Positions 13,600-27,500 of a DNA stretch of 64,000 nucleotides are shown here, piece after piece; position 1 is the first letter of the stretch; every line of letters starts with the position of its first letter. The notes under the pieces are model-generated. The model was not told the DNA's origin. It was given only the letters and a program-made list of their open reading frames with translations, and ran no database searches. The stretch comes from Tubiluchus corallicola (lineage: Eukaryota; Animalia; Priapulida). The DNA lies in NCBI GenBank assembly GCA_030141605.1, contig JAQGDQ010000465.1, forward strand, positions 115,848 through 179,847. The letters run 5' to 3'. The position numbers were made by a program, and so were the translations under genes.

Positions 13600-13950
13600 A
13601 GATATTAAAGATGGAGGTTGCCAATCTGGCGAGAATTTTGAATAGAAAATCACATATGATGAGATGATGGCAAGTTTCATTAAGTCTCTTCGCATTTCAG
13701 ATAATTTTTCTTTGTAATGACACCGCTTGAAAAGTATTTTAAGCGTAATGTTATAATTGTCGACAGAAATGAAACCGCGACTGCCGATCCCAAATGGAAC
13801 AAACAGTTTTACCACATACCTCAACTTGTTTTTAAGATCCGTTATGAAAGTGGCATGTTCATTTGTTTTACGATCTCTGGGTTTTTGAATATTTTTGGAA
13901 TATCGAATAGAACTGTAAGCTCAGCTATTAGTAAGAAACAAGAATCTGGG
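13600..13950 (+). pseudogene. Possible decayed DNA-transposase fragment (Sola-like)
   Basis: FLNIFGISNRTVSSAISKKQESG resembles the FLNTLGIS.R.V..A..K...G motif I recall from Sola-type transposases; the flanks are degenerate. Confidence 0.35.
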
Positions 13951-14671
13951 ATCAAAAGATCAGGAATTTGTGTCGTTTGTACGCCATTCGGTATCAACAG
14001 TGTTGTATTGTGGGGCAACTAGTCCAGGTAAATTAGCATAGAAATTGATTGTTTATCGGTTTAATTAAGGCTTCATTGAACAGACTGAACAATATGATTT
14101 AGAATATTGTTATGTCTATACTGTTATTGAATATATATGTGTATATAATTATATAGGTATTTGTGTAGAATAATCATGCTATATTGGCAGATGGTTTGCG
14201 TAGAATGTTTCTAAGTACAGATGTTACGTGTTTTACAGCTTTTTTATACACGAAGCATTTTGAAGTATTATTTTCATCTTATACGTGTACTAAGTCAGTA
14301 AAATGTGTTGGCAGATTGATATTATAAGTGAAATCTCATTTTTGCTTGCAATGTTCTTGCATATTAGTTTCTTTCCTTTATGGTGATCAGTAGCCATGAA
14401 TCTCTAGTGTAATTAAACAGGTGGTTTTGTAAAGGTTTATTTTCTCGAGTGTTTTACTTTCTTTACTAATCTTAGCCAGTAATGATGCTTTTTTGTAGAA
14501 AATTTATGAAAATCCTAAATCTGGACTCATTTTTTGTGCAGTTGATTTTAAATGCATACCGAAGCATCGATGTTAGAATGCAGCGTAAAATACTCAGTGC
14601 ACTATCTAGTTCTTGTTTTTTAGTGAAAATGTTAATGTTATTAGATGTGATGTATTGTGTTAAACCCTGCA

Positions 14672-14851
14672 TTGGTGTTAAAGGCTTGAATTTTGGGGTA
14701 GGTTTACGATATTGCATCGCTTTCTGTTATATATATATATATATTATTTTATATTATTATAATATATTATTTATATATATATATATATATATATAACAGA
14801 AAGCAATACAATATCGTAAACCTACCTTAAAATTCAAACCTTTAACACCAA
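14672..14851. repeat. Long inverted repeat (arms of about 65 bp) around a (TA)n core
   Basis: ttggtgttaaaggcttgaa...ctttctgttatata mirrored by tatataacagaaagc...ttcaaacctttaacaccaa. Confidence 0.92.
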
Positions 14852-16984
14852 ATATATATATATATTCTGTTTTATAACAACTGTTATATATATATAATAG
14901 TATAGTAATAATATGTTATAATATATATAACAGTATATATGTAATATATATACACACACACATATATATAGTGCAACAGTGGAATAATACTAACTGCTTC
15001 TTGTTGCATAACTACATTGTTCTACTGCTGCCATTTTTTAAATGAGTAATTATGTCTACTAGGCAATGAAATAAATCTTGTGCGAGTTAAACAAATTGTA
15101 ACCACTTTTGTTATTAAGAACTGTTATTGCCAATTACTGCCCCCTTGTTTACGCAGTGCAAACTGTCCCAATTCCTGCTCACAACGTAGAAAACCATAAC
15201 TTCAAGTTTGCAAACTCAAAACAATCATATTTACGAAGTCGTTTTCAGACAATTAAAATTATTTTATTCCTTAAAAAATATTTACACCGTAATTAAGATT
15301 ATACCTATTCCGGGTACAATCCACAAGTGAAAAATAGAAATAGAATATTGCATGTACACTATTTTCACGATTACTAAAAACAGCTATAGTGATTACAAAA
15401 GTTTTTAGAGAATAAAACTTGTATCAACAAATCTTCAACAAGGTCAAACGGCGAATCAAAACCCAATTATACTTCACAATGCAGCTAAAGACTACAATAG
15501 AAAAATAATCCAAACAATGTGTACTGCTGTAAATTGAAAAGTAAGCATGATAAGCCTTTTCACAGTTTCGTTGTGCGCACACAGTGAAAACTTTTCACAG
15601 TTTTGACAGATTTAATTGCTGCAGATTAAATATTAAATGTACCACAGCAATACGTCTTAAGTACAACCATCACGTGATGTGTGTAAAACAAAGCCAAAGT
15701 CATAAGACATGTAGGTAAAGCAAAGCCGTCTGCCTGATCAGCACAGTAACTTCAGTTGTTTTACATGGACTTTACTTAACTATGCATTAGTCTGTTCGTA
15801 GAGTAATTTACTAGCAGGATCTTGCTTGGGAACAAGAAAAAATGAACTAGGTAAGGTTCTAGCTAGCTGTTAAAACTGTTACTATTTACAACAGCTTGGG
15901 CTGCGAGGTGTTGTCAAGTGTACACAAATGTGTTGCCTGGTATACACTTAATCTTTGACCTTTTCAGGATCATCATCAATCGCTGGAATTGTGAAAAGGC
16001 TTAAGCAGAAAACCGTTTGGTAATATATCAAACTATTTTGAGGATACTTAACGCTGGACTGCGGTATAAAAAAAGTTTCCCATGCATCCATAAAAATATA
16101 TTAACAGCATTATAATGTCTATCTTTACAAAACAAAAAAGAATGGGTTTAGATTACTTACAAGGAGGCAATAGACAAAAGATACATTTATACAACATTTA
16201 CAATATAGATTAAAAACGACATATAATTTATAATGTTTAAAACTAATAAAACAATATTCCAGCTGAGATTTCGCAATTCAATATTACTCTATACAAACGT
16301 AAAGCTTCATATTATTAACATTATTAACAAAACTATTCACAATTTGGTGTATTTATGCCTTGTCACAACAGGTCCTCTCTGTACAATGTGTCCAATACAA
16401 TATATAAACAATATAACTAGCATGGCTAAGTAATTAGAAATACTTGATAAAAGTCTAATTAAGACACGACATTACTTCCACTAAAAGATAGCACTATTTC
16501 TACACAATCACACAGTGTGTCGATCATTCTAAAAGATCCTAAATCCTAATTACATTTTTTTAAAATAATTTTCTTAATACTTATGCAAATTGTAATTTGG
16601 CTATCATAATTCTCTTGAAATTAACGTACATAAACGGAAATTACTACACTGTGCACTTATAATCAAGCCGGTTTCTTCTTGCGTAGTAAACAACACAAGA
16701 ACTACACAGACTGTTAGTTGACTATCATAACTTTTTTAAAATGATAATTGTAAATGTAGAAATTATAACAATGTGACCCCTCATGACGTTAGAGAAGGCC
16801 AATTCTTCCCCCCTGTGTAACATTGTGTGCACGTTAGAATACAATCATTTTACTACACTACAAGTTAACACTGTAGTCCCCACTCTTATGTAATCTCCAC
16901 AATCTTTCAAAGATTTAAATAATGATTTCCATTTGTAGACGAATACAGATGATACAAACTAGCCCAGTGCACAAAAAATCAGTC

Positions 16985-17460
16985 AAAATTAGCAGTGTTA
17001 AAACTCTTAAAGTGAAAGAAATATATGACATGTATTGTCTTCATTTCATGTATCACTATCATAATTCACTACTTCCACCAGCTTTTCAGTCATACTTTAG
17101 TCCAGTTTCAAATCAACATGATCATTACACAAGATATTCAGTCGAAAACTATGTACTCCCCCTTCCAAAAATAAATATAATGAAACAGTCATCAAAATAT
17201 AATGCTATTAAAATACGGTTATCAATTCCGCGCGAAATGAAAACTCTTAATCTTTATCAATTTAAAAAAGCATCAAAGAATTACCTACTACAACGGTATA
17301 ATTAACTCACAATTTTACTCATCCTGATCTTAAGTTACTAACAAAACTTATTTTGTTCTAATGTACGTTATAACTGATGAAAATGTAATGTTAATTGTCA
17401 ATTGTTTCACTTATCTGGAGGACGACTCGAAAGCAAAATGCTCCTTCCTCCTCCTCACAG
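16985..17460 (+). mobile_element. 5'-truncated LINE (CR1/L2 group), ORF2 C-terminus and 3' UTR
   Basis: LKVKEIYDMYCLHFMYHYHNSLLPPAFQSYF...HDHYTR...KQSSKYNAIK...IP.EMK...FKK..K.YLL matches the CR1/L2 ORF2 end; GAGGA...TCCTC stem in the 3' UTR. Confidence 0.8.
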
Positions 17461-18366
17461 TAACTCGCAAAATAATGAACGTAGCACTTTTTGGCATGAT
17501 TTCAACAAAAACTATAAGAAATTAATAATAAAAAGAGTTTACTAGTTGCAAAAGTAAACTCAGTCCTAGACACAAAAAAATCCACTGAAATACAGCTTTC
17601 CTGGTATCAATAACTCGTTTCACCCCTTTTTGCAAATTATCCCTCATTTTCCACTGTAGACGTTCATCAGATAGTACCTAAATTTCCACACGTATATCGT
17701 ATACTATGAAGATTTAAATAATTCTGTGAAACAGTTAAACTATTAAAATATTAACAATATATAAATGTACAAGAAAACGAAAAAAATATTTACACAGATG
17801 CATTTGGAATAAATCTCATTTCATAGGGGCGCACTATACAAAATTTATGACAAGAGGAACTCGTATAACTTTCACAGTAAGTCGTGATGCGTTACTTGGA
17901 AGTAGCCAGGCTACACAAATAATTTACTATGAAGGCATACTTAACTATAGCAGTAATGAATGCAGACATAATATCTTGTTTGCAGGCAATTATTATGTTC
18001 AAACCGGGTCCCAAAATTTTCCTAATACTCTATAAAAGGCAGCTTAATATAACAGTGAAACACGGTGATTGCCTGTCAATTAATCAGCCATTAATTTGCT
18101 TACATCATTCTACTTTAACCAATTGTTTTTTACCTGTTCATGCAGGTAACCAAGCGCTTGTAGGGCTTGTCAAAACCCCGATGCAGACACTGATATTTTC
18201 ACTGATGAAGACATTCAGTGCCTAATACTGACTTCAGGGAATTACTGCGTAGAAAGAGAATTTCCGAAACTTTTTACTGCGGAACAACGCATAACCGAAT
18301 GCCTCCATTTTGTCCCTTCCTGTAGCGAATAGTAAAACTGTCATGGTAATCTGGCTGCTGCCGTCA

Positions 18367-18582
18367 TTAATCCATAAACCTGCTGCAGGCTTTCTTCCAC
18401 TTGCACTGGGTGCACCACATGTCCCTGTTCTCCATCCCGTAAACCTTGCGGCACTTGCGCACGTCGCCTCGGGCCTTTTTGTGCATGGGAGAGACTTTCG
18501 GCGAAACCGCGTGATGAACCGGAGACTTTGGGGACATGCTGAAGTTGTACTGCTGCTGGAAAAACGGTTTGTTGTTCTGCGA
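18367..18582 (-). CDS. ZNF704: ZNF704-like terminal exon with C-clamp domain
   Basis: [29 protein letters not shown]; ttttcag acceptor. Confidence 0.96.
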   Translation of the reverse strand, partial: SQNNKPFFQQQYNFSMSPKSPVHHAVSPKVSPMHKKARGDVRKCRKVYGMENRDMWCTQCKWKKACSRFMD

Positions 18583-21500
18583 CTGAAAACCAGACAAAAC
18601 ATAAAATGCGAATTAATCTGCAAGAGTCTCAAGACTGAGAACTGTAATAAAGACATCTGAATAGTCAGCAAAACCCGGACCCAACCCTAAACTGTAGGTC
18701 AAAACAATCTACTGTTTAGAATTTTCAAAGATACCAATTTTTCAAAAAACTTCGCCTTCGCGCCACTAGTTCTTCGCTGTTACATGCGTTTCGCCATTTG
18801 CTAGTTAGACGGGCACGAGCAAGCACCTGCATTTCGAAAATGCTTTGCACAAAAAACGGGTGCTGTACCTCTCAGATGTGTTGGTTTGCTCAAAAAAAGA
18901 CTTTACGACAATTTTATGCAATAATACTCGAGTTAAAAAGAATTTTTGTTTGTTTTTATTTTAAAACTCCAGCAATACTGTTCCGACGGTGCCGTTACAT
19001 GACATCACATATGCAAACGTAAATCAGGGGAAGAAAAGGAAATGTTAAATTATGTCCCAAAAAACTTTCCATGCAAATCTATATTACTTAACATGTCACT
19101 TAGCTGCTGAAAAGACTTATGTAACGAGAAATAAAAATTTAAAATGTTCGTGCCAATTTATAAAATGTCGCTGACTTATCCTACAGGGTGCTCCACTCAC
19201 AAATCAGAAAAACATTTTTAATTTTATTGACAAGATACAGTAATTTAAAATATTACTTGATTAGTGACATGTGTGCTATGAATGCTGTGATTATTTTTTC
19301 AAACTTCATGTTATCCAAACTCGTTTCAAACGACCTACCATCAAAATGGCAGCATCTAACGATCATCGCAGGAATTTAAATTGACAAGTTTTATACAGCG
19401 TTGCTGCCGACACAAGCCCTGCATGCAGGAAGGCAGTCCATCAGTGGTACAAAATTTCAAAACGAATTTTCTAAGCTCCGTGTAAGTGGAAGATTTCCTT
19501 GTGCTTCAACAAAATTACATTCACCTTGCAGATAAGCTGTTACAACTTGACAAGCTACTGGAGTTGAGTGATTGTGGTACACGTGTGTATTTAGTTGGCT
19601 CGACTGCACTTTGTATAACCAGGTTTCAACTTTATATATCATTTTGCACCTCGAACAGTAATAACAACATCTGAACATCAACAGAAGCCACTGTTCGCTT
19701 GGCTATAGATATTGTGGAAGTTGTAACTGTATATTTTTAGGTGCTGCCATCTATTGACTAATCACTTTACATTTACTAGCCAAACTCACCCCTAGTATAA
19801 TTGTTCGGTCCAGTGAATATGCATACTCACTGGATCTCCCCCTATTTTACTGTAATGGTATTTGTGAAGCCAAGTTTGCATAATTACCTCTACCTATATA
19901 TACTGACTGGATTCTACTTCTAGTCACTCTCTGTCTCACTCTCAATGCAGTGCAGAAGTCATGCTAGTCGTGATACTCATGTTACTTACTGTCTAACTCA
20001 GTGATCAGTGCAGGACACTCTGGTCCTCAGTGTTCAGTGTAGCAGTCATTCTACATATGTATGTGTAGTCTAATAAACATTTTCAGTTTTGAGCAGATAT
20101 GTAGTATAGTTGTTTATTCTTTTTCTACAAAGTGTTCAACTACAACCTCATACATGACTTTCACAGATATGAAACCGTACTGCTATTTACCAAGTTAAAT
20201 GTGGGAGAGTTGTTTTGCCTCCAAGAAAAGGGTTTCTGCATGCCTGGAATGCTGATCGGTGACGCAGGTGGTGGCTTCGCTCCTGGAATCAGAAGAAGAT
20301 GTAATCAACTTTTGAAAATGGTTTGCATGACAAAGCATTGTAGTGTAGAAACGACGTCATAGGGATAGTCGACGAAAATACGTACTAAAACCGCTAATAA
20401 AAAATTGATTTTTTTACTTCATACATGAAACAATTGATGTATAAATGAAACAATTGATGTAGGTCAAGGCTATCTACTTCTTAAATATTGAAAGCAAACA
20501 TACTATTTCTTCAAAAATGACTTGCGTGAAAGAATTATTATCACACAAACGCACGTTCGCGCCACTAGTTCTTCTCTAGGTAGTTAGATGGGCATTTAGG
20601 AAACACATTGCACAAAAAAACAGGTGCTGTACCTCTCAGTTCAGATGTGTTAGTTTGTGATGAAGTACACACGTATGAGATCATACGCGAGTACAGTGGT
20701 AAATTTGAAATTTGAATTTTTATCTTAAAACCTGCCTAGTTTTTGTACAACACACTGGATATCTTACGGTAGCACTGTACTTCAATTTCCGCTTTCACAA
20801 ACGCGCAACACGCTCGTGGAATATTTTTGCTGTTGAAAATATGTTGTTTGTGATGTCTTATTACCGTTAATTAAGTTCTTAACCTATTATTTAATTATCA
20901 GAAATGCTTTTGCAGTATTTACTGAGTTTAGTACGATAACATCAAATGGACAAAGTTAACTAACTAACAAAAAGATTCAACCCATTTGATAAACTCACCC
21001 TCTTTCCCAGTCATGCACTGTTCAACTATTTTTCGGACAGTAGGTGAAGAAGAAGAAGAAGAAGACAAAATGCTATGACACCCGGTCCCATTGCTGACAG
21101 GTGCGAACTCTGTTCTATTTTTCCTCAGGCTAGAGAAGATAGAAGAAATAGATGTAAGATCTTTGCCGTAACGTAAGTTTTGCTCACCGTACTGATGTTC
21201 CTTGAAGATGGGATCATCTCGAATTGGCGCGGAAATTTCCATCGGCACGTTTCCTGGAAGAGGCGATGAGATTTGGGAATGTGGGGAGCTGTTGGTGATG
21301 ACTTCGATCTCGTTGTAGTAAAACTCCTCCTCGTGGTCATCATTGTCACCATCACTCATGTCTTCTGAATCACTGAGTTTCTTTCTAGAAAAGAAAAAAG
21401 AGAGATTCTTTTTTGACAGCAAATAACAAAGCAATCCAGCAATTCGGTCAATAGTTCTGTTCTAGTAGTGTTTCTTACAAATGCTTTTGATATGTGGGCC

Positions 21501-24500
21501 ACACCATTTTTTCTCTTTCTGCAAAAACTGAAATTTGGTCGGGAAGAGTATTTTGTATTCAAGAAGACCCAGGTGATTGTTTTTGGTTCGTATAATGAAG
21601 GTTATGATGAGACTGCATGCGTTATTTCGTTACCACACGGCGGCCATTTTGAAAACGGTAATCATTTTTAAATGAAATGACAGATTGGGATTCCTCGAGT
21701 GCAACTACAATGGAATAGGTGTCATATTGCTAATGAAGTAGCCAATGTTAAGTTTGTTTATCATCAAAATGGAAGTCTGTGGCACAAAAAAAGCTTAAGC
21801 GAAACCAACAACAAACCAACATACTCTACGCAGCGGCGGATTATGATTTTATGGGCCTTAGGCTTGAGCTTGGAACGGGCCTTTTAAATGTTGCTACACT
21901 GCTGAGCTGACGTGTTTTTGTGGAGCTCTCGTCGTTTGTAAAGGATGACAAATTAAACAATTTATCACTGATGCATATTGAGTCAGATATGTTGAAAAAA
22001 TGGACTTTTCAGACCCGAGAAAAATTCGGAAACTGAAAATTTGAACTTAAACTGTGTAAACGTGAATTGTGTAAACTTAAATTGTGTAAACTTGATTTGT
22101 GTAAACCCGATTTGAAATATAGTGACTGACTTTTGAAAAAAAAACTTTTTTCTATATTTTATTTTGCCGGGCCCCTTTTGATCCCGGGCCTTAGGCTTCA
22201 GCCTATAGGGCTATCCGCTACAGACTCTACGAATAATATTCTAGTCATTAATTATCTACGAAGTTGATCAGACAGGCAGCTGTGAAAGATGAAGACGTTC
22301 CTAGCAACGAATATTGCTGTAAGAACAACGTGTTCAACTTTGAGTTTTCAACCTATGAGTATGATTCACAATTATATAATGATGTGTGTGAAGATGCCAA
22401 TACATCGCCCACTATGTCCATAACACTTTAAAAAATGGAAAGCTTACTAAATTAGAGCTTGATTTCGGACGCTAAATTTAACTAGTGGTATTACTAGATT
22501 TATTCAGAGCACAGGTAATCGACCTATTTATCTTGTTACTATAACACTTGTTTCATTTTTCTAATATAATCGAAAAAAAATTCCTAAAAAGCAAATAGAG
22601 GGTATGATCATTTCTAATGCAAAATTATACATATTGCAATTTTATTCAAATTTAGTTTATTCGTCTAGCAGATGTCGATTTATTCAAAACAGAAGATTTC
22701 GGTTTAATCGCTAAACCACTCTCGAATGACTGCTCTATAATTTTGCTTACAAAACTTGCGTTAAAATTAAACTCACAATATTTTTTTGTAAATTAAGTAT
22801 AAAATATAGTTTTTTTAAAATAACACACCATCAACTGCTGCTAACTGGAATTCATCAAAAATTTTTTTAGGGCATTTATCAGCGATGATTTTGATGCACA
22901 TTGATAAAATGTTGACAAATGCTCTGAAAAAATTTAATGAATTCGAGATAACAGTTGATGGTGTGATTTTTAAAAAAAAACTTTTATAGTCTTACAGATA
23001 TTTTCAGTAAAATGGCTTGCCATTAGGTCCATTACTTATTTTCCTGTTCTATTACTTATAAGTACTAAATACATCATTATAGATACATGTATACACTATA
23101 CATCCACCCATATCTCATGTGTATTTAGCACTGGTGCCAAAACACATAATGAGCTATTTGAAATAAGGTCTACATCTACCACAGATAGCCCAGACCACGA
23201 CTGTTTCAAAAGACATTTTTGAAAGGGCCTTGGCCCGGACTATATTCAGCTTAGCACGACCCTGAACTTGGCTCCAAGACTGTGCTTACCCGAGATGTGC
23301 TTCGCGCACGTGTTGCTCAATTTCTCCGCTAGTTGGCAGCACCGTCCTGCAGCCGTGCCACGAACATTCGTACATAGTTCTCGTCAGCATCTACAACATA
23401 AATATTACCAATAAGATAAATTCATACCTCTACTGATAAACTCAAATAAAAAACACAGAAATCGCTTGGGCAGAGAAAGTGAATTTTCACAGTCATGTGG
23501 TTTGTACCTACGCAAAAAGAAGTAATTTTACAATAAAGAAAAACTACAAAACTCGCCCAATTACTCTATTTTCATTTGTTTGCTGCAATTAAGAACTATT
23601 ATACTTCCTTGTGTTGGTCTGACCAACGTGACCAGTTGACTAATCGGCTATATCATCCAAAATGATAATAGCATGCCCCAGATATGTAAAACAAAAAAAA
23701 CGAAATTAAATATTCAGGGCGATTAAATGCAAAGTCACTCCGGGAACAACTGTTACAGTTTTTTGGCAGAGCGCCAAAAGTTCCCGAAAAAGTCACTGTT
23801 CGTGATGAGGTGCCGAATTTAACAGCGAATACTCCTCAAAGACTCGGCACGTCCTGGCTAGATAAGATTGTAAGATCTAATGCTTTTGAAAGTCAGCATT
23901 TTTACATACGAAAGTGCAAGTTGTAGCATTTGTAAGGTCACGGTATCAACCCATGATGATAATAATGCAAAGGAGCCACGCAAGGTTCGCGATGACAAAA
24001 CATATCGTCAGCAAAACTACTCATATATGGCAAAAAGCAATTACTGCGCCACCACCACTGATAAAAATAATGCATGTATAAATAATCTTATATTGACAAA
24101 ATTCATATTTACAGTCATATGAGCTGAGGTGTAAAAGAATCCGCGCACAGCAATAACAATGTATTTAATGTGCAAGCAGCCCGTATTTCTATTGTTTCTG
24201 GATATATTTTATACTTTTTCAGACTAGGTTTTAGCAGAAAATTCTTAGCTGTAGATGGGTAGTCAAAGGTCAAAATTTATCACATAACATTCAGCTGATT
24301 TTTTTTATCAAGAGACAGTGAAAGAGAGGAAAGGCAAAATGATATAATTATTGCCGGAAGGGCACATCTCTGATCCGAAAACGAAAATCCTAAACAATAT
24401 TTTTATGCCTGAGCAGCACAAGATATTCAGTCAACACAGTAAGCCGTGATAAAATTATAATTCGGCAGTCCCACCCCTACAAGGTGACTATAAATTTATG

Positions 24501-27500
24501 GCCGGTTTGCTGTAGTCTTAGCAAGGTTAAAGGTTACGTGTACAGTAATAATCAGTTTGTAATCAGTAAGAAAAACCTGCAAGGACGTTTTGTTGGAAAA
24601 ACGCACTGGAGTGTAGCAATTAACCGCTATATGGTACCCTTCTCATGATTTTCTCCATGTTTGGCCTTCAAAATAAACAGGCAGACATAATTTAAAGCCA
24701 AACTGATTATTATACTGCTTTAGCTGCCACGCAAACCTGTTTCAAACACGGAAACAAGTATTAAATGTCGAAATAACAGCGATTTAAAAATCGTTCTGTG
24801 ACCGGCCGGTGTCCAGCAGCAACAGACCCTGCAGTAAAGCACAGCGTCTGTGGTTTGTCACGTGGTCACAGATCAGCTTTGTGACGTTGTAAAGCACAGC
24901 GTCTGTGGTTTGTCACTGTGGTCACAGATCAGCTTTGTGACGTTGTAAAGTACAGGGTCTGTGGTTTGTCACGTGGTCACAGATCAGCTTTGTGACGTTG
25001 TAAAGTACAGGGTCTGTGGTTTGTCACCAAACACCACCCACCACAAAACACCACCACAACACACAAAACACCACCACAACACACAAAACAGGTCTGTGGT
25101 TCACCACAACACACAAAACACCACCACAACACACAACACCAACCACAAAACACCCGTGGTCACAGATCAGCTTTGTGACGTTGTAAAGTACAGGGTCTGT
25201 GGTTTGTCACGTGGTCACAGATCAGCTTTGTGACGTTGTAAAGTACAGGGTCTGTGGTTTGTCACTGTGGTCACAGATCAGCTTTGTGACGTTGTAAAGT
25301 ACAGCGCCTGTGGTTTGTCACGTGGTCACAGATCAGCTTTGTGACGTTGTTTTCGAGTCTTTAGGATGTGCACGCAGGTCTAGTTGTAAAAATGATGACC
25401 ATATTTTACTTTACGCTTTTCCCACGCGTTATAAATATCTCAAAACGCCTTGCTAGGCTTTCATTAAACTTCTAACTTACAGAAGATTTACATTTATACT
25501 GTCGGTTTGGAGTAACCATGCTTTTAACTACATGACTGGACTCTGGCACTCGCTTTTGCTGCTAAACTTTGACATGTTGTTGCCATAACTGTTATAAACT
25601 TCACGCGGACTGTTCGGATTTTTATAATACAGCAGTAAATAGGAAGGAGCTTACAATTCCACACAAACTTTAAATACACTATCCCCAACCCTATTCTCCA
25701 ACTCTAACTCTAATCCTAGCCCGAGCCTAGGCCTAACCCTGACCCGACCCGAGCCCAACCATAACCCTAGCCTTAATCGCCAACCCTAAGCCTAACCCGA
25801 GCCGAGCCCTAACCCTAGCTTTAATACCTACCCTAATCCTAATCCTATTCCGCTTCATGAACCAATTTCTTGTGTGTGGGAAATTGTATACTTTAGCCCA
25901 ATAAATAACAAGGCACTCATTACATTCTGGTTGCTCTGAAACAGTTTGACCACTCTGGCAGGAATCGCCCCTCAATCTGAAGCGGAATGCACTTTTCTAC
26001 TGAAGAAGCAGACGATCAAACGAGACATTTTATGGTTTCAAATGCTCTCAGACATGGGTCGTGTTGTTCTGAAACTTTAGCTGCAAAGCTAGCAAGACAA
26101 AGGCCAAGTACGGCAGATCTAAAATGCTTAGGGAGCAAGTATGGCTTCATGTGACAACAAAGACTCTTAGCTCTGAATATGGCTTCATTGAGAAAACGCT
26201 CTCTCGCTCAATAAAATGACCATTTGCTGAACTCGCGGCAGAGTGCGCGCGGCAGCTGCTGTCGAAGTGCGCATGATCAGATCCAACCGGCGCTGGAAAA
26301 TGAAATGCTGGCGCTCTAGAAATAGCTTTTATTTCGCTGCCCTGGCAACTTGACAACGTTGATAAACGTAAACACACACAGAGACCCTGCGCTAGTGAGT
26401 GCAACAACCTGAGCCCGTGTTCACAAGATAGCACTTGGCCAGTGTCTTCTGCGCTGCGCATAAAAGGGTAATAACATTCAGCGTTATCACACCGAGATTA
26501 CTCAAGAGGAAAAGTTTAACCAACATGTTTTTAGACTCCTCGCCTATAGATAGAAGCTTGTGTGCTTCAACAAATGCTACTCTGAAACTGTTCCAGAAAA
26601 GAGTAGTGTACATAGATTTTGTTGACCTCATCTGACCCATTGTTGGTCTCAGCTACACAGACGTGCTGGCCATATATACGGGTGATATGTCTTCAAAAGT
26701 AAATAAGAAATTAATAATCACTTATTCAGTAAATATGGGGAGAATATTTCTTGATTTTACACTTCTAGCCACTTTTACATACGTTTATATGTTCCAAAGT
26801 TTTAATAGATGTGCTTCGTAGCTTCTTAAACTTCTAGGTACGGGCAATAGGTCTTAAAAAATGGATAAGAAATTTATAATAACTTATTCAACAAATTTCG
26901 GGAAAATATTTCTTGATCTTACACTTGCGGCCACTTTTACATACATTTTTATTTTCCAAAGTTTTAATAGAAGTGCTGCATCGCTTCTTAAATTTCTTAA
27001 AAAAAGTTTAAAACTTCAAAAATGCTTGACTTTAAAATGTACATGAATTTCAACAGAGTAGAAACTGAAATTTCTACTTTAGCGAATTTAAAAAATACTC
27101 GAAAGTTTAATGCAAAACATCTGGAGAGCGAAATTCATTTTACATAAATTCCCCGACGGGTAAAAAGGAAGAGCGATACTTGGTGTAAAAAAGTAACCCG
27201 GAGAAGAACCTGACACTCTTTGTTTACATGGTGTTAAAATTAGTCTTCCATCTAAGCAGCAAATATTTACTTCTGCAACTGCAATGAGCCCTGTAGAATG
27301 AAGCCAGAGTCCTTTTGCGTGCGTGTTTGCGTGCGTGCGTTTGTGTGTAATGCCTGAGTGGATTGCGTGTGAAAGGTTTAGAAAATGGACTTGAGGCAGT
27401 GAATAGAATTTTGACAATTTTGCTCATGTTTGTTAAAACATTAAAAAAGTTTAGTTGAATTATTGATAAACATCCGTATGAATATGAAATCGGTGGGAAA

